Shown here: piece by piece, positions 27,485-38,900 of the stretch
How positions within the stretch are numbered: the first letter of the stretch is position 1
Layout of the letters: every line of letters begins with the position of its first letter
DNA from: a virus
Taxonomy: Duplodnaviria > Caudoviricetes
DNA length: 64,000 bases
Direction: 5' to 3' (one strand)
Virus record (IMG/VR): IMGVR_UViG_2931439988_000001
Span: 120-64,119 of that record
Notes under the pieces: generated by a model
Seen by the model: only the letters and a program-made list of their open reading frames with translations
Databases searched by the model: none
Told to the model about the DNA's origin: nothing
Position numbers and translations under genes: made by a program

Positions 27485-28942
27485 TTGAAATGGTATCATA
27501 AAGCCATTTATTCATTTGCAAATTCGATTCTTCCTGCTGCGGTAAAACGGCAGATGATGGGTATTGGTAGAATGACCTCGGCTAGATCATCAAACAGATG
27601 GGATATTTTCAATTGGCTTCCGAAAAAATATCAGAGTGCCCACAATATTGACCTTACCAAACTACAAAATCACACAGCCGAGGAATTACTTGAAATTCTT
27701 GTGTCTGTTCATCCTGATATTTCGCATGCGCTCTACAACTTTCTGCGTATGGGAGACACGCCACTTACATTTACAGCAAAGAAGCAGAGTGGTAGTGACG
27801 ATCAGAATGGGCAGAGATCGTTAGATGCAATCAAGAACTTACTGGATTCTCCACTTCCCTCACCTGGTTATCAGCATGGAAGGTCGCTGGACAAGCTTGA
27901 TACGATTCAGCGGATGATGATCATGGTACGTGGGGCTTGTGCTGGTGAAGTAGTTTTGAACGAGCGCTGTAACGATGTGATTGATATCGTACCCGTTGAC
28001 CCTGCGACGATTTGGTTCAGGAGAGAAGAGGGGACGAATCGACTTGTGCCTTGGCAATACATCAAGAATCCACGTCCTCGTTCTGGTGAAGAGTGGTTTG
28101 GGCAGTACAAGAAGATTGATACGCCGACATTCATTTATGAAGAGTTCGATCCCATGATTGATGATCCGTATGGGCGAACACCAATATTGCCGGTTCTTCA
28201 AGCAGTATTTTTTCATTTACAGGTTTTGCAGGACTTGAAGGCAGTTGTTCACAATCAGGGATACCCAAGACTGGATATTTCCATAGTTGAGGAAGTTTTA
28301 CTCAAAAACATGCCGAATCAGCACAAAAACAATCCTGAAGGTCAGCAAAAGTGGTTGAGTGAACGTATGAGTGAAATTATGGGACATTTCAATTCACTTA
28401 ATCCAGACGATGCCATGATTCATTGGGATAGCGTAAAAGTTGAATATCTCAAGGGTGGCAATTCAGGACCGATGATCGACATCAAGAAATTGATTGATAT
28501 TATCGATACGCAGATGGCAACCGGATTGAAGACTTTGCTCACATTACTATCTAGGCATCAAGGTTCCACAGAGACATACAGTTCCGTGGATACTCAAATA
28601 TATATCAAGTCTGTAGAGTCCGCTCGAAACGTAACCAAGCGTTTCTGGAAGCGGGCTTTTTCTGTGGCTACAAGAGTACGTGGTGTTCAGACACTGGTGG
28701 AAGCCGACTACGCTCCTATTGATCTACGTTCTGAAATGGAGAGAGAGCGTGATTTGAGAGCGAAGCTTAATAACTACATTCTGGCGGAGAAAGAACGCTA
28801 CATTACTGCCGAAGAAGCAGCTACAGAAGCGCGGTGGATTATGGGACTTAATCCTAACTTACCAGCAGAGTTGCTTGCGGGTCTTAAGAAGAAGTATGGG
28901 CCTGATATTAACAATCATGATCCAGCAAATGGAGACGGATAG
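27485..28942 (+). CDS. Portal protein
   Basis: First head-module gene, ~485 aa; PVDPATI...DPYGRTPILP; RBS GGAGGTG. Confidence 0.85.
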   Translation: MKWYHKAIYSFANSILPAAVKRQMMGIGRMTSARSSNRWDIFNWLPKKYQSAHNIDLTKLQNHTAEELLEILVSVHPDISHALYNFLRMGDTPLTFTAKKQSGSDDQNGQRSLDAIKNLLDSPLPSPGYQHGRSLDKLDTIQRMMIMVRGACAGEVVLNERCNDVIDIVPVDPATIWFRREEGTNRLVPWQYIKNPRPRSGEEWFGQYKKIDTPTFIYEEFDPMIDDPYGRTPILPVLQAVFFHLQVLQDLKAVVHNQGYPRLDISIVEEVLLKNMPNQHKNNPEGQQKWLSERMSEIMGHFNSLNPDDAMIHWDSVKVEYLKGGNSGPMIDIKKLIDIIDTQMATGLKTLLTLLSRHQGSTETYSSVDTQIYIKSVESARNVTKRFWKRAFSVATRVRGVQTLVEADYAPIDLRSEMERERDLRAKLNNYILAEKERYITAEEAATEARWIMGLNPNLPAELLAGLKKKYGPDINNHDPANGDG

Positions 28943-28990
28943 TTGAGAAGGAAGAGTTGTTTATTACAAGAAGGAGGTGAAAAGAAATAA

Positions 28991-30304
28991 ATGGCAAAGC
29001 CAACATCCGAGCAATTGACGAAGATCAATCAGAAAGCTCTTCAACCCCTCACTGATGATCAGGCTCATGTGTTTCAAGCCAGAATCATTGGAACTAAGCG
29101 GATTGATAAATACAAAATGAAGATTACCCCGAATTTTCTGCGAAAAATGGCTGACCAAGTTAAGGAAGGCGTTGCTTTGCTCGTGGATCATCCTTGGCAG
29201 AAGTGGGATGCCTTATCGTTTCCTTATGGTCGGACATTCGACAGCCGGATAGTTGAGGAAGGCGGAGAACTGGAGCTTTACGGTGACCACTACATGGCAA
29301 AAGGGCTTGAAGCGAATGGTATTTCTACTGATCAATTGGCTACAGGTATTGACTCCGGCACAATATTTGACACTTCAGCGGGATTCGTCACCACGAAACA
29401 CAATTGCAGTATCTGTGGAGGTGACTACTTCAGGGGAGCTGAATGCTCCCACATGCGGGGGCAAGAGTACGAGGGGAAAGAGTGCCTTGTCCTTGCTGAT
29501 GATGGCTACATCATGGAAAATTCCATTGTGTTTGATGGAGGATATGAGGGGGCGGGGATAACTCGCGGATCTCTGTCGATAAAGCCATCTGTAGAATCTG
29601 AGAGTCAGCAGAAAAATGAATATGAACAACTTCCCTTAGATGCGAAGTCGCTGGATGGCGATGGACGTGTCTTTTATTTTTTCAGCAACAAAGGTGGTAT
29701 GAACGCTTTTGTATCCAAACAGCACCAAACATTAGAACAGGCCAAAACACAGGCCGAAGGAGATGATACTGTGACAGAAGAACAAAAGGCTGCTTTGGCA
29801 GCATCACAAACTCAAACAATCGCGCTGACTGCTGCGAATAGTGTACTCGGACAAGTCCGGGCTACGCTGGGCGTTGAAAATGATGCGGACATTACCTCAA
29901 AGTTGGCTACACTTAGCGCTCAGGCTGCTGATGGTGCGGTCTACAAGACAAAGGTTACGGAGCAAGCTTGCGGAGCTGGTGTCCGTGCGTTGGGAGAAGC
30001 GTTTAATACGGAAACTATGAAAGCTATGCTGTCCCACTTGCCAGTATCTGAGATTGAAAAAATCGGTGCGACTTACGAAGCTCAGGCTCAAGCTGCATTG
30101 GGTGGCGGTGGTCGTCATACCGAGGGTGATAACCCTGATCTTCCTGCGGGAGCGGCAAATGGAACAGCACCGACTAATACGCAAGCCGCTGGACAAAAGA
30201 CACCAGAACAACTCCAAACAGAGGCAAAAGAAGCGGCTAGAGCTGATGCTATAGCTGCCCTCAAAAATACCGGCAGAAGTAATCTGCTGAAGGAGGATAA
30301 GTAA
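28991..30304 (+). CDS. Prohead protease/scaffold fusion
   Basis: LLVDH...DTSAGF...ENSIVFDGG protease-like N-terminus; Ala/Gln-rich coiled C-terminus. Confidence 0.75.
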   Translation: MAKPTSEQLTKINQKALQPLTDDQAHVFQARIIGTKRIDKYKMKITPNFLRKMADQVKEGVALLVDHPWQKWDALSFPYGRTFDSRIVEEGGELELYGDHYMAKGLEANGISTDQLATGIDSGTIFDTSAGFVTTKHNCSICGGDYFRGAECSHMRGQEYEGKECLVLADDGYIMENSIVFDGGYEGAGITRGSLSIKPSVESESQQKNEYEQLPLDAKSLDGDGRVFYFFSNKGGMNAFVSKQHQTLEQAKTQAEGDDTVTEEQKAALAASQTQTIALTAANSVLGQVRATLGVENDADITSKLATLSAQAADGAVYKTKVTEQACGAGVRALGEAFNTETMKAMLSHLPVSEIEKIGATYEAQAQAALGGGGRHTEGDNPDLPAGAANGTAPTNTQAAGQKTPEQLQTEAKEAARADAIAALKNTGRSNLLKEDK

Positions 30305-30305
30305 T

Positions 30306-30674
30306 ATGATTGGATCTCAATACAACGGTGCTCCGGGACCTGGTCAGATTAACACACAGGAATTTGTTGAAGTTCTTGCTTCCACGGACTTGCAAGCGCG
30401 GATTCCTGGTGGCGTGTTGCTTGCAAAAGGGAACGGAGTAATTAAGAAAGGTACTGTCCTTGGAAGGGTAACAGCTACTAATAAATTCGTTCCCTATCTC
30501 TCTTCAGCATCCGATGGTTCGCAAGACGCTGTTTGCATTTTGGACAATGATCAGGATACTACGCTTACCGATATGGGCGCTTCAGCGTGGATTGCTGGAA
30601 TTTTCACTGAATCAAAATTGACCAGCATTGATGCAGCGGCTAAAACAGCGCTGAAACTTTGCTACTTTGTATAA
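30306..30674 (+). CDS. Head decoration protein (gpD-like)
   Basis: IKKGTVLGRVTATNKFVPY...DGSQDAVCIL; precedes capsid gene. Confidence 0.85.
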   Translation: MIGSQYNGAPGPGQINTQEFVEVLASTDLQARIPGGVLLAKGNGVIKKGTVLGRVTATNKFVPYLSSASDGSQDAVCILDNDQDTTLTDMGASAWIAGIFTESKLTSIDAAAKTALKLCYFV

Positions 30675-30689
30675 GGGGGAACAACATAA

Positions 30690-31703
30690 ATGGCAAACGT
30701 ACTCGACCCGTACTTCCTTACGGAAGTCGTTCAGAACATTCGGACAGATATTAACAGTTTTCGAGGTGCTCAAATCCTGACAAATGGTGTGGATTTCAAA
30801 CCAGAACTCGGGTTGACAATTAAATATGACGTTACCTACGACGATACCGGCATGACTCCACCTACTGGACTCAATGATCCTTCACCGATCCATTCCGCTC
30901 CTGTTGTGAAACAAATGGAGTTCACCAATCAGGAATGGCGTGAAAAAGCGATCATTGATCGAGAAAAAATTGCTACCCTTCGCAAGCCTGGAAACAGTCT
31001 TGAGCAAACTTGGGGCGAAGAATATATGATTGAAAAAATGGTGAATCTCAACCAACGTCTTGAAACTCGATTCGAGTGGATGCGTTGGCAATCACTTACA
31101 GGTAGCCTTGTTGTTCCAGCAACTGCGAATAAACCTTCTCGGACAATCGACTACGGCGTTCCGGCAAATAACAAGCCTACAGCTGATGTCCTTTGGAACA
31201 ATATCGCAACTGCTGATCCTTTGAAAAACCTGGATGAATGGCTTCTTAGATTCAGGGGGAGTGGCGCAAGAGGTGTTAAAGTTGTAGCTAATAAAAAAGT
31301 AGACAGTTACCTGAAGCAAAACGAAAAAATCCGTGATCTGATCAAATTTACCTACGGAAAAGATATTGTAACAGATGGTTCGCTTTCAGAAATCGTCAGT
31401 CAAAATCTGAATGGTCTTCAATACGAAGTATATGATGGCGGGTATATTGACAATGCAGGAACATTCTTCCCATTCATCCCTGACAACGCCGTAATCATCA
31501 TTGGTCAAGGCATGACAGGTTCTATCATGGACCTAGTGACCAGTCCGAACAACTACGAAGACATCTTCACTGGCCACACTGGAAAATTCGCACTAGCTAA
31601 ACTTATTCAAGGTGACCCTGACCAATGGCAAGTAATCAACGGGGCAACTGTGCTGCCGCGTTTGAAATACGTCAATTGGCACATTTTTGCTACAGTGGCG
31701 TGA
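30690..31703 (+). CDS. Major capsid protein (lambda E-like)
   Basis: 337 aa; LNQRLETRFEWMRWQSLTG...IDYGVP...W...ADPLKNL. Confidence 0.88.
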   Translation: MANVLDPYFLTEVVQNIRTDINSFRGAQILTNGVDFKPELGLTIKYDVTYDDTGMTPPTGLNDPSPIHSAPVVKQMEFTNQEWREKAIIDREKIATLRKPGNSLEQTWGEEYMIEKMVNLNQRLETRFEWMRWQSLTGSLVVPATANKPSRTIDYGVPANNKPTADVLWNNIATADPLKNLDEWLLRFRGSGARGVKVVANKKVDSYLKQNEKIRDLIKFTYGKDIVTDGSLSEIVSQNLNGLQYEVYDGGYIDNAGTFFPFIPDNAVIIIGQGMTGSIMDLVTSPNNYEDIFTGHTGKFALAKLIQGDPDQWQVINGATVLPRLKYVNWHIFATVA

Positions 31704-31717
31704 GGGAGGAATAACTG

Positions 31718-32128
31718 ATGACAATCGTAAAAGTTTTAGTTGATGCTGTTGGGGATTACAACGCAGGGGACATCGTAGAAGATGCCCCTGCTGGACTTAT
31801 TGAGATTGCTAAAAGGCAAGTTCGCAATGCTGCAACGGGAAAGCTCTTAGCTGAGATTATTGAGGGAGACCTAGCTTCTACGGACACTCCATCAGAACGT
31901 GAACTAAAGCTTCAGGAAGAGTTGAACGAATCAAAGAAGCGCGAGGCTGAACTTTTGGCGCAGATTGATGAACTGCAATCTGATATCCAAAGTAGTGATT
32001 CGGATGATGAACTGAAAGAATTGAAATCTGTTGCGAAGGAAATGAAAATCCCTGGCTATACAAAAATGGGTATCGAAGAATTGAAAGAGGCCATTGCCGC
32101 AACTGGCGGTGACGCTGGTGGCGAATAA
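31718..32128 (+). CDS. Head accessory protein with Rho-N-like domain
   Basis: ELKSVAKEMKIPGYTKMGIEELKEAI. Confidence 0.65.
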   Translation: MTIVKVLVDAVGDYNAGDIVEDAPAGLIEIAKRQVRNAATGKLLAEIIEGDLASTDTPSERELKLQEELNESKKREAELLAQIDELQSDIQSSDSDDELKELKSVAKEMKIPGYTKMGIEELKEAIAATGGDAGGE

Positions 32129-32552
32129 GATACTTACGACAGAAACATATCACGAAGAAATAAGAGGGCGTCTAGGCGTTGGGGAGGATGTAATATCTGA
32201 CTCCGACATAGACGCTATTTCTGTTTTACCAATCGGTGAAGCGAGGATTGTAAAGGCAGTTCCAGATTACGCTGATTTGACTGGTGATGACCAAGTCTAT
32301 GTATATGCAGCAGCTATTTGTATGGTTGCTGCTATATTAGCTCCGTCTATGGCTGCGAGAATCAAAAAAACGATGAAAGATTTCGATTTCTCTTTCGAAA
32401 ATCAGTCAGTCAATTGGGATAGTCGTGCGTCACAACTGGTTGATGAGGCAAATGAGTTCATCGGCTTGATCTCAAGTTTTCAAGACACCTTGGATGCTCC
32501 ATTATTTGTGTTGTCTGGTCCCACGAGGGAGAAGGAAAGGCGGCGTTTCTAA
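32118..32552 (+). CDS. Head-tail adaptor (by position)
   Basis: Synteny, GTG start with RBS. Confidence 0.6.
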   Translation: MANKILTTETYHEEIRGRLGVGEDVISDSDIDAISVLPIGEARIVKAVPDYADLTGDDQVYVYAAAICMVAAILAPSMAARIKKTMKDFDFSFENQSVNWDSRASQLVDEANEFIGLISSFQDTLDAPLFVLSGPTREKERRRF

Positions 32553-33127
32553 TGTTTAAAGATTTCGCTCATAGACATTCTCCCTGCACTGTAAATGGGG
32601 AACAGGATAAAGTCATTCTGTCCAGAGAAACAAAGGCGACTACGGTTCACGGTAAAGAGTACATGTACAACGGCCTTTTTGCTCCTAAGTCCTCTATATT
32701 ACCTGGGGATGTAGTGCAGAATGATATGACATTCTTGGTTCAAACTCTCCGTTATACTGCAACCAAAGACAAATACTGTTCCTTAATCAAAACGAACGTT
32801 ACCGTGGAAGTTCAAAGGTACACGCAGGAGTTTGATAAGAATGACAATCCAAAGGGCAAACCTGAGTTTACACCCGTTGCCGAGGATATCATTGGTTTCG
32901 CTCAACGTGTCTCTGCTCAGCTCAAACAAGAAGAGCCTGGTCTTCTATCTACAACTTCGCTGGTTCTTCTTTTGCAGACCAGTGTTGATGTCAGGGAACC
33001 GAGTGATCCGGCATTGGTAAGTCCAGACCGCATCGTGATTGCTGGTAAGAAATATCAAGTGGATGTAGTGGATCGGATCAAGTATCCGAATCTGTTACAT
33101 ATTCAGTTGTGCGAGGACAGGCGATGA
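32552..33127 (+). CDS. Head closure protein (by position)
   Basis: Synteny; DRIVIAGKKYQVDVVD. Confidence 0.6.
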   Translation: MFKDFAHRHSPCTVNGEQDKVILSRETKATTVHGKEYMYNGLFAPKSSILPGDVVQNDMTFLVQTLRYTATKDKYCSLIKTNVTVEVQRYTQEFDKNDNPKGKPEFTPVAEDIIGFAQRVSAQLKQEEPGLLSTTSLVLLLQTSVDVREPSDPALVSPDRIVIAGKKYQVDVVDRIKYPNLLHIQLCEDRR

Positions 33128-33702
33128 TTATCGGGTACGATGCAGAGCGTGCAGCGAAGGACTTGGAAAACAAGTTGGCGGTTGAAATCACAGGTCTGAC
33201 GAAAATTGTTATGCTTACTGCTAAGACTGGTATCAGATACTACCCTGCTGTCCGAGAGAGTTTGGAAATGCAAATGATTGTGCTGGCGAACCAAATGATT
33301 TCAAGTGACATCACCGCTGATTACTGGCAAGCCTGGCTAGAACAGTTCGGTAAAGGCTCACTTATGGCAGGACCGAGCCAAAATCCTGGTTTGATCAGTT
33401 ATATGAACAGTGAGGCGTGGAACAAGTTGAGGTCAAAGGGTAGCCGAGTTGTTGTAGGCCGGGGTAGAGGTACTTACCGAGCTATCGACGGCACAATTAA
33501 AAAGTCCAAAGGCGGATACGCAGGTGTAGATTTGGAGGAGTTGGCAGAACGCGGGGACCTTGATCCTTCGTTCAAAGCTACTCCTCCTACTTATTTCATG
33601 CGTATCGCTCTTGAATCCAATCGTGATCGGATATTAAACGGGATTAGTCGTGTCATTACCGAGTTTCCATATCATCGTTACTTCAGGGAGGTGAGAGATT
33701 GA
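33124..33702 (+). CDS. Neck/tail completion protein (by position)
   Basis: Synteny; PPTYFMRIALE. Confidence 0.55.
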   Translation: MIIGYDAERAAKDLENKLAVEITGLTKIVMLTAKTGIRYYPAVRESLEMQMIVLANQMISSDITADYWQAWLEQFGKGSLMAGPSQNPGLISYMNSEAWNKLRSKGSRVVVGRGRGTYRAIDGTIKKSKGGYAGVDLEELAERGDLDPSFKATPPTYFMRIALESNRDRILNGISRVITEFPYHRYFREVRD

Positions 33703-34133
33703 GTCTTCAATTGTTGGATGCAGTTCAGCATGCGCTTAAAGGTGATGCCGAACTCATGGAGTTACTTGAGCTTGACTCATCTTCACCTTCCGAGGAGGTA
33801 GTGAAGAGATTGACAAAGGGAATGGAACCTGAAATCACTGTAAGTCATGAAACTGTTCCTCATATCTGCCAATATGTGATGCCAGGGCGCTTTTCTCCGA
33901 ATCAATTAGTCTTCGAAGGAAAGTTTTGCTTAGATTTTTATGCTGGTACTGGTTATGCGGCGAAGCTGTTGTTTGAAAGAGCATTTCGTATTTTACACGA
34001 TAAACGGATTACGATGCCAGGTTGGGCGACATACCTTTGTGTACTGACGTACGATGCTGATTTTGCAACGGGTATACAAGGTGTCAAAGGGTATAAGGCA
34101 ATATTTGATGTTGACTATCTCCGGATGAATTGA
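33699..34133 (+). CDS. Tail terminator (by position)
   Basis: Synteny, upstream of major tail protein. Confidence 0.6.
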   Translation: MSLQLLDAVQHALKGDAELMELLELDSSSPSEEVVKRLTKGMEPEITVSHETVPHICQYVMPGRFSPNQLVFEGKFCLDFYAGTGYAAKLLFERAFRILHDKRITMPGWATYLCVLTYDADFATGIQGVKGYKAIFDVDYLRMN

Positions 34134-34142
34134 GGTGAGGAT

Positions 34143-34349
34143 ATGTCTGAAACACAAACTGAAGTAACAGATAACAAGCCGGAACTTAAGGAAGAATTTC
34201 CTGAGCTAGAGAAGTTGATTCGAGAAAAGATTCGTCTTGCACAAAAACTCGGATTGATGGATGGCAAGGAACCGGTTGAAGGATATGAAAACTCGAAGGA
34301 ATACAAACGAATTGAAGAGATTGATGCACGGCTCTGGGAGCTAGTGTAA
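34143..34349 (+). CDS. Small hypothetical protein
   Basis: RBS GAGGTGAGG. Confidence 0.6.
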   Translation: MSETQTEVTDNKPELKEEFPELEKLIREKIRLAQKLGLMDGKEPVEGYENSKEYKRIEEIDARLWELV

Positions 34350-34376
34350 TCAACTTTATACCCAAGGAGGATAAAT

Positions 34377-35147
34377 ATGAGACCACTCGTTTTTGATGGC
34401 GTAGGAACAATCGTAGCCCGTAATTTGGATGGAACAATTAAGTACGTTGAGGACAAGGTAACAAAGGTTACGTTACAACTGCAATTTGACTGGCAGGCAG
34501 TAATGGGTGGTGACAGTGGCTACGCATTTCATTACACTGCTGGCGATCTTCAAGATAAGGTTAGCGTTGAAGTACCACGTTACTCTGCGGCAATCGCTGA
34601 TATGTCTCAGGGCGGTAAAACAGAGAAGAAAGAAATTGTGTTTGACGAAACAGAAACGGCTTTTCTTAAAAATGGCGAGTACAAACTGGCCTTCGGAGAA
34701 ACTTTGGTAGCGGACAGCGACGAAGTCTATCTCAAGGACCCGGATACTGATGCATTGACTCAACTTACCCGTGTGGCATCAACGCCGACCGATCAACAAT
34801 ACACGATCACTGCAGAGGGAGTGATCGAATCTACCACAGCAAATAATGATAAAGAGCTTCTTGTTACCTATAAGTGGTCTAACCAGGGAACGGAAACTTC
34901 ATTCGATGGGACTCGTCGCCCAACAGCATTTAAATTCACACATAGATTCAAACTGATCGATGACAAAACGAGCAATGAGATTCAGTGCCAGCTCACCATC
35001 TACAAAGCCTTGGGTGGTGGTACGCTTGACGTATCCCAAGAACGTAAGAAAGCCAATACGTCCACCATGGATTTGCAAGTCATGGAGCCTGAGCGTACAC
35101 CAGAAAACCCGAACGGTCATGCAATGACAATCAAATTCGGAATCTAA
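34377..35147 (+). CDS. Major tail protein
   Basis: Position before chaperones and TMP; strong RBS; followed by terminator. Confidence 0.8.
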   Translation: MRPLVFDGVGTIVARNLDGTIKYVEDKVTKVTLQLQFDWQAVMGGDSGYAFHYTAGDLQDKVSVEVPRYSAAIADMSQGGKTEKKEIVFDETETAFLKNGEYKLAFGETLVADSDEVYLKDPDTDALTQLTRVASTPTDQQYTITAEGVIESTTANNDKELLVTYKWSNQGTETSFDGTRRPTAFKFTHRFKLIDDKTSNEIQCQLTIYKALGGGTLDVSQERKKANTSTMDLQVMEPERTPENPNGHAMTIKFGI

Positions 35148-35156
35148 ATCAAACAT

Positions 35157-35189
35157 AACCCTGCCGGTTCTCGGTGGGGTTCTTTTTTT
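35157..35189 (+). terminator. Intrinsic terminator
   Basis: AACCCTGCCG-GTTCT-CGGTGGGGTT + T tract. Confidence 0.75.
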
Positions 35190-35220
35190 GGTATAAACCA
35201 TAATTTGAATTCAAAGGAGA

Positions 35221-35607
35221 ATGAACATGAGTGAAGTTGAAAACGCAGTTGAAGGCCATGAAGAGAAAACGTTGGACCAGACCTTGAACATTGGCAGTAG
35301 CGTACGTTTGGCTGAGGGACTACAGAAGACTATTAAGGTCGGAACGATCAAGTTGATTCGGGAAGTACGGCAACATGCGAAGAACCTCGGGGGTATTCGC
35401 TTCAGCTATGTAATTGGACGTGATCCTATTGAAGCAACGCAAGTTGGTGAGCAGGATATCCCAGCTATTGACTGTCCGGCTATTGAGCAGGCGTATCAAA
35501 AAGCCTTCGATCTGATTTTTGTTGAGGGCCTAACGGATGAAGAGTATGAACACGTGGACATGGAGGGCATCCAGGCTTTGGATAACGTTTTGGATCGATT
35601 TCTATAA
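35221..35607 (+). CDS. Tail assembly chaperone (G-like)
   Basis: Between major tail protein and TMP. Confidence 0.8.
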   Translation: MNMSEVENAVEGHEEKTLDQTLNIGSSVRLAEGLQKTIKVGTIKLIREVRQHAKNLGGIRFSYVIGRDPIEATQVGEQDIPAIDCPAIEQAYQKAFDLIFVEGLTDEEYEHVDMEGIQALDNVLDRFL

Positions 35608-35893
35608 GGAGTCTTTTCCTCCAGATCCTGATTCCGATGACGATGATGATTCGGAGGATGGTGAAGTAGATCAACCAGGAACGGACTGGATGGGTCTATG
35701 GGCACTCTGTATCAGCAACGGAATATCTGATACAGAGTGGCCCAATATGACCATTCCAAAAATACGGGCACTGATGCAAGAGAAACAACGTTCCCGTGAG
35801 TTTGAAATCACTCTTCATGGCGGTTCGGTTGAAAATAAAAAGCCGAAGAAAGCAAAATACTTATCCGATCTTGGTTTCTTCCAACCAAGGTAG
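35599..35893 (+). CDS. Frameshift extension of tail assembly chaperone (GT-like)
   Basis: Open +1 frame overlapping the chaperone end at CGA TTT CTA TAA; acidic linker then WMGLWALCISNG..EWPNMTIPKIRAL; no clear RBS. Confidence 0.65.
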
Positions 35894-35905
35894 GGAGGAG
35901 GCAAT

Positions 35906-38900
35906 ATGGCAGAGGGAACAAATAGAGATGTCGTTGCTGCGCGAATTAATTTAGATACAGGCAAAGTCCTTCAGTCTTTCAAAAACATCGATACTGGAGC
36001 ACGAGGAAACGCAGATGCATTTAAGGCTTTGAATGCTGAGTTATCAACCGCTGAGAAATCATACAAGAATATAACTTCAGCAATGGATAAAATGGCTTTA
36101 AGTTCGGATCAGCGCCGTCAGAAGATAATAGCCGAATATGAAGCTCAACAAAAGCAAAAACTTGCTCAAACGGCTTTGCTCGGTGCCAAGGCTCAACAGA
36201 TTGAGCAAACTAACCGCCTGATAGATGCTAAAATGCAGGCGCAACAAGCCCTGATTAATAGACGAAATCAACAGATTGAGCAGTCTGAACGTGAGCATCA
36301 GCAAAAGATGCAGATTCTTCAAAATCGTTCAGTCAAATCAGGACAAGAAGCTGCGAAAGCAACCGGTACGGGTACAGACGAGCGCACGCGGGAACGTGTT
36401 CTTCAAGAGGAACAGAAGATACGTGTTGCTCTGGCAGAACGCCAGCGAAAAGAAGAAGCTCTTAGGGAAAAAGTGTTGCAAGAGGAACAGCGGATTCGAC
36501 AAGCTTTGTCTCAAACTGAACAGCAAACCAAACGGATGGGGTCCACAATGGATGCCGTCTCTAAAAGTTGGATTGGTAGCTTAGGTGACATGGCCACACA
36601 TGCCGTAGTTTTTCATAGCATGTATAAAGTGATGCATGAAGTCACACAGGCAATGCATGAAGGCTTGGTAGAAATAGAGTCAAACATGGCCGGATACGTG
36701 CAGACCAATGAGCACTATTTTGTTCATTTTGAAGATGGAACGAACAAAATGATTATGGATACCCAGAAGCTCAACAAGGAGACGCAACAGTTCATCCATA
36801 CCGCTCATGAACTCGGCTCCAATATCTTGGATGTCACGGAATCTGCTCGACTCTGGGGTCGTATGTACAAGGATGTAAATGTTGTACAAGAACTCGTTCG
36901 TCAATCCACGAAACTATCTACTGTAGACATGGTTGAGCTTGAGGAAGCAACCAAGTCTATGGAGTCCGTAATGTCTCAATATGGTGTGCACATCAGTGAT
37001 GCAAATGATGCCATGGTAATTGGTAACCGGGTTTTGGACTCATGGTCTAAAGTTGCGCATGATACGATGGCTCCTGCTCGTGACTTGGGAGCTGCTTTTC
37101 AGAGAACCGGTAAAATTGCTGCTGAGACGGGTGTATCGTTCGACGTAATGAACGGACTGATATCCTCTGGTGTTCGGAACACTGCCTTATCCGGGGAGAA
37201 CTTGGGTAACATGTGGAAAACGGTCCTTGGTACGATTCGGACGGATAAAGCCGTGGATGAAATTGAGCGTCTTGGTGTCAAAACCAAAGAGGTTGTCGAT
37301 GGCGTGGAACAATGGCGCAAAGCGGAAGATATTCTACTGGATCTTTCCATCCAGGTAACAGATAAGAACTATGACCTCACACAATCCTATGCGGATATCT
37401 CACGCGGGGTATATCAATACGCAAAATTGGCTGCATCTCTTAATGTGGGTGACATCCTGCTTGGTACGGCTGCATCTGTCGGTTCCACGGGCTCCACAAT
37501 GCAGTATCTAACTGTTCAGATGGATACAATTCAGCGGAAGGCTGCACAGACCAAAACATCCCTCCTTGAGATTTTTAACACGGCTGGTGAAGACGGACTT
37601 CGCCAAATGATCAAAGATGTACTAGATGGTATAGATCAACTCCTGATCGGATTAACTAAAATACCAACAGGTGTTTATGCTGCAACTGCGGGTTTGACTG
37701 GTCTATTACTTGCGTATAAAGCGTTGCGCGGCCCTGTTATGGCTGTAGTCGCTGCAATTGAAGTGCTAAATGTGGCTAAAGCGAAAGAAGCTGCTACAAC
37801 GGTTGCCGGAACAGCGGCTACGGCTGCAAACAGTGCTGCGAATACAGTCAATATCGTTTCCAGTGAAGGAGTCATTGTATCTACTGTGCAACAGACTGCT
37901 GCAAGGGAAGCACAAGTAGTCGCTACAGGAGCAGCTACTGTAGCGACTAGTGCCCTGAGTAAAGCGCAAGCTACAGCAACAATAACGATGGCCGCAGCAA
38001 CTGCTGGATTATCCTTACTCGTAGGGGCAATTGCAATATTCGCATTTAAGAGTGGCGAAGCAGATAAGGCAGAGCGTGAAAGAATTCAGAGCCTTAAGGA
38101 CAATGACTCAGCCAGTCAGCAGATGATCAGCCAGTATCAACGGCAAATCGATCTGTTACCTAAGATGGTCAATGCACATAACTCACTTAAACAAATGATT
38201 GATAGTGGAACGCTATCTTCCAGTAAACAAGAACAGGCAAAGAGACAACTTGAAGAAGTATCCAAAGCCCTTACAATGACAATTGGTAAAGAAGGAATGG
38301 CTCAACTTGAAGCAGCTGGATTTACAGATGAAGCTACCAAGCAACAAATACAAAACCTTAATTTGTTAATCGAGAAACAGAGAGAGTCCCGCCTAAACGT
38401 GCTGGAGGGTCAAAAAACGGCAATGAATGATCAACTCACTGCAAACGTCGCTGCTATTGAAGATGCTATGTCTAAGATAAGTGCAGTCAATAAAAGTATT
38501 GAGTCTTTTGGTTCAACGCTAAACAGAACGGAGCAGCTTAAATCCTTTGAAAATGATCTGGCTTCTTTAGAAGCGAAGAACCGTGAATTGCAAGCATCTT
38601 TAAGCGATGTTGACGTTCAGATGGGACAAATGACATTGGAAGCCTTAGATGCACAAAAAGAGATGGATTCTTTAGCGGGCTTAAACGGGAAAGTCTCTGA
38701 GACCATTGAAGAACTGACTGAAAACTTAATTAAACAAACAGAAGCTTTGCGTGAATCTGTTCAAACGAGTATCTCTTCTGTTTCTGAATTAAATCAGGTG
38801 GCTGAGACTCTAGCCGATGGTCAATCTTTAAGCGCTTCTGCTGTGGCAGATTTAATTCTCAAGTACCCTGAACTCGCTTCTCAGATAAGAAAAACTACAG

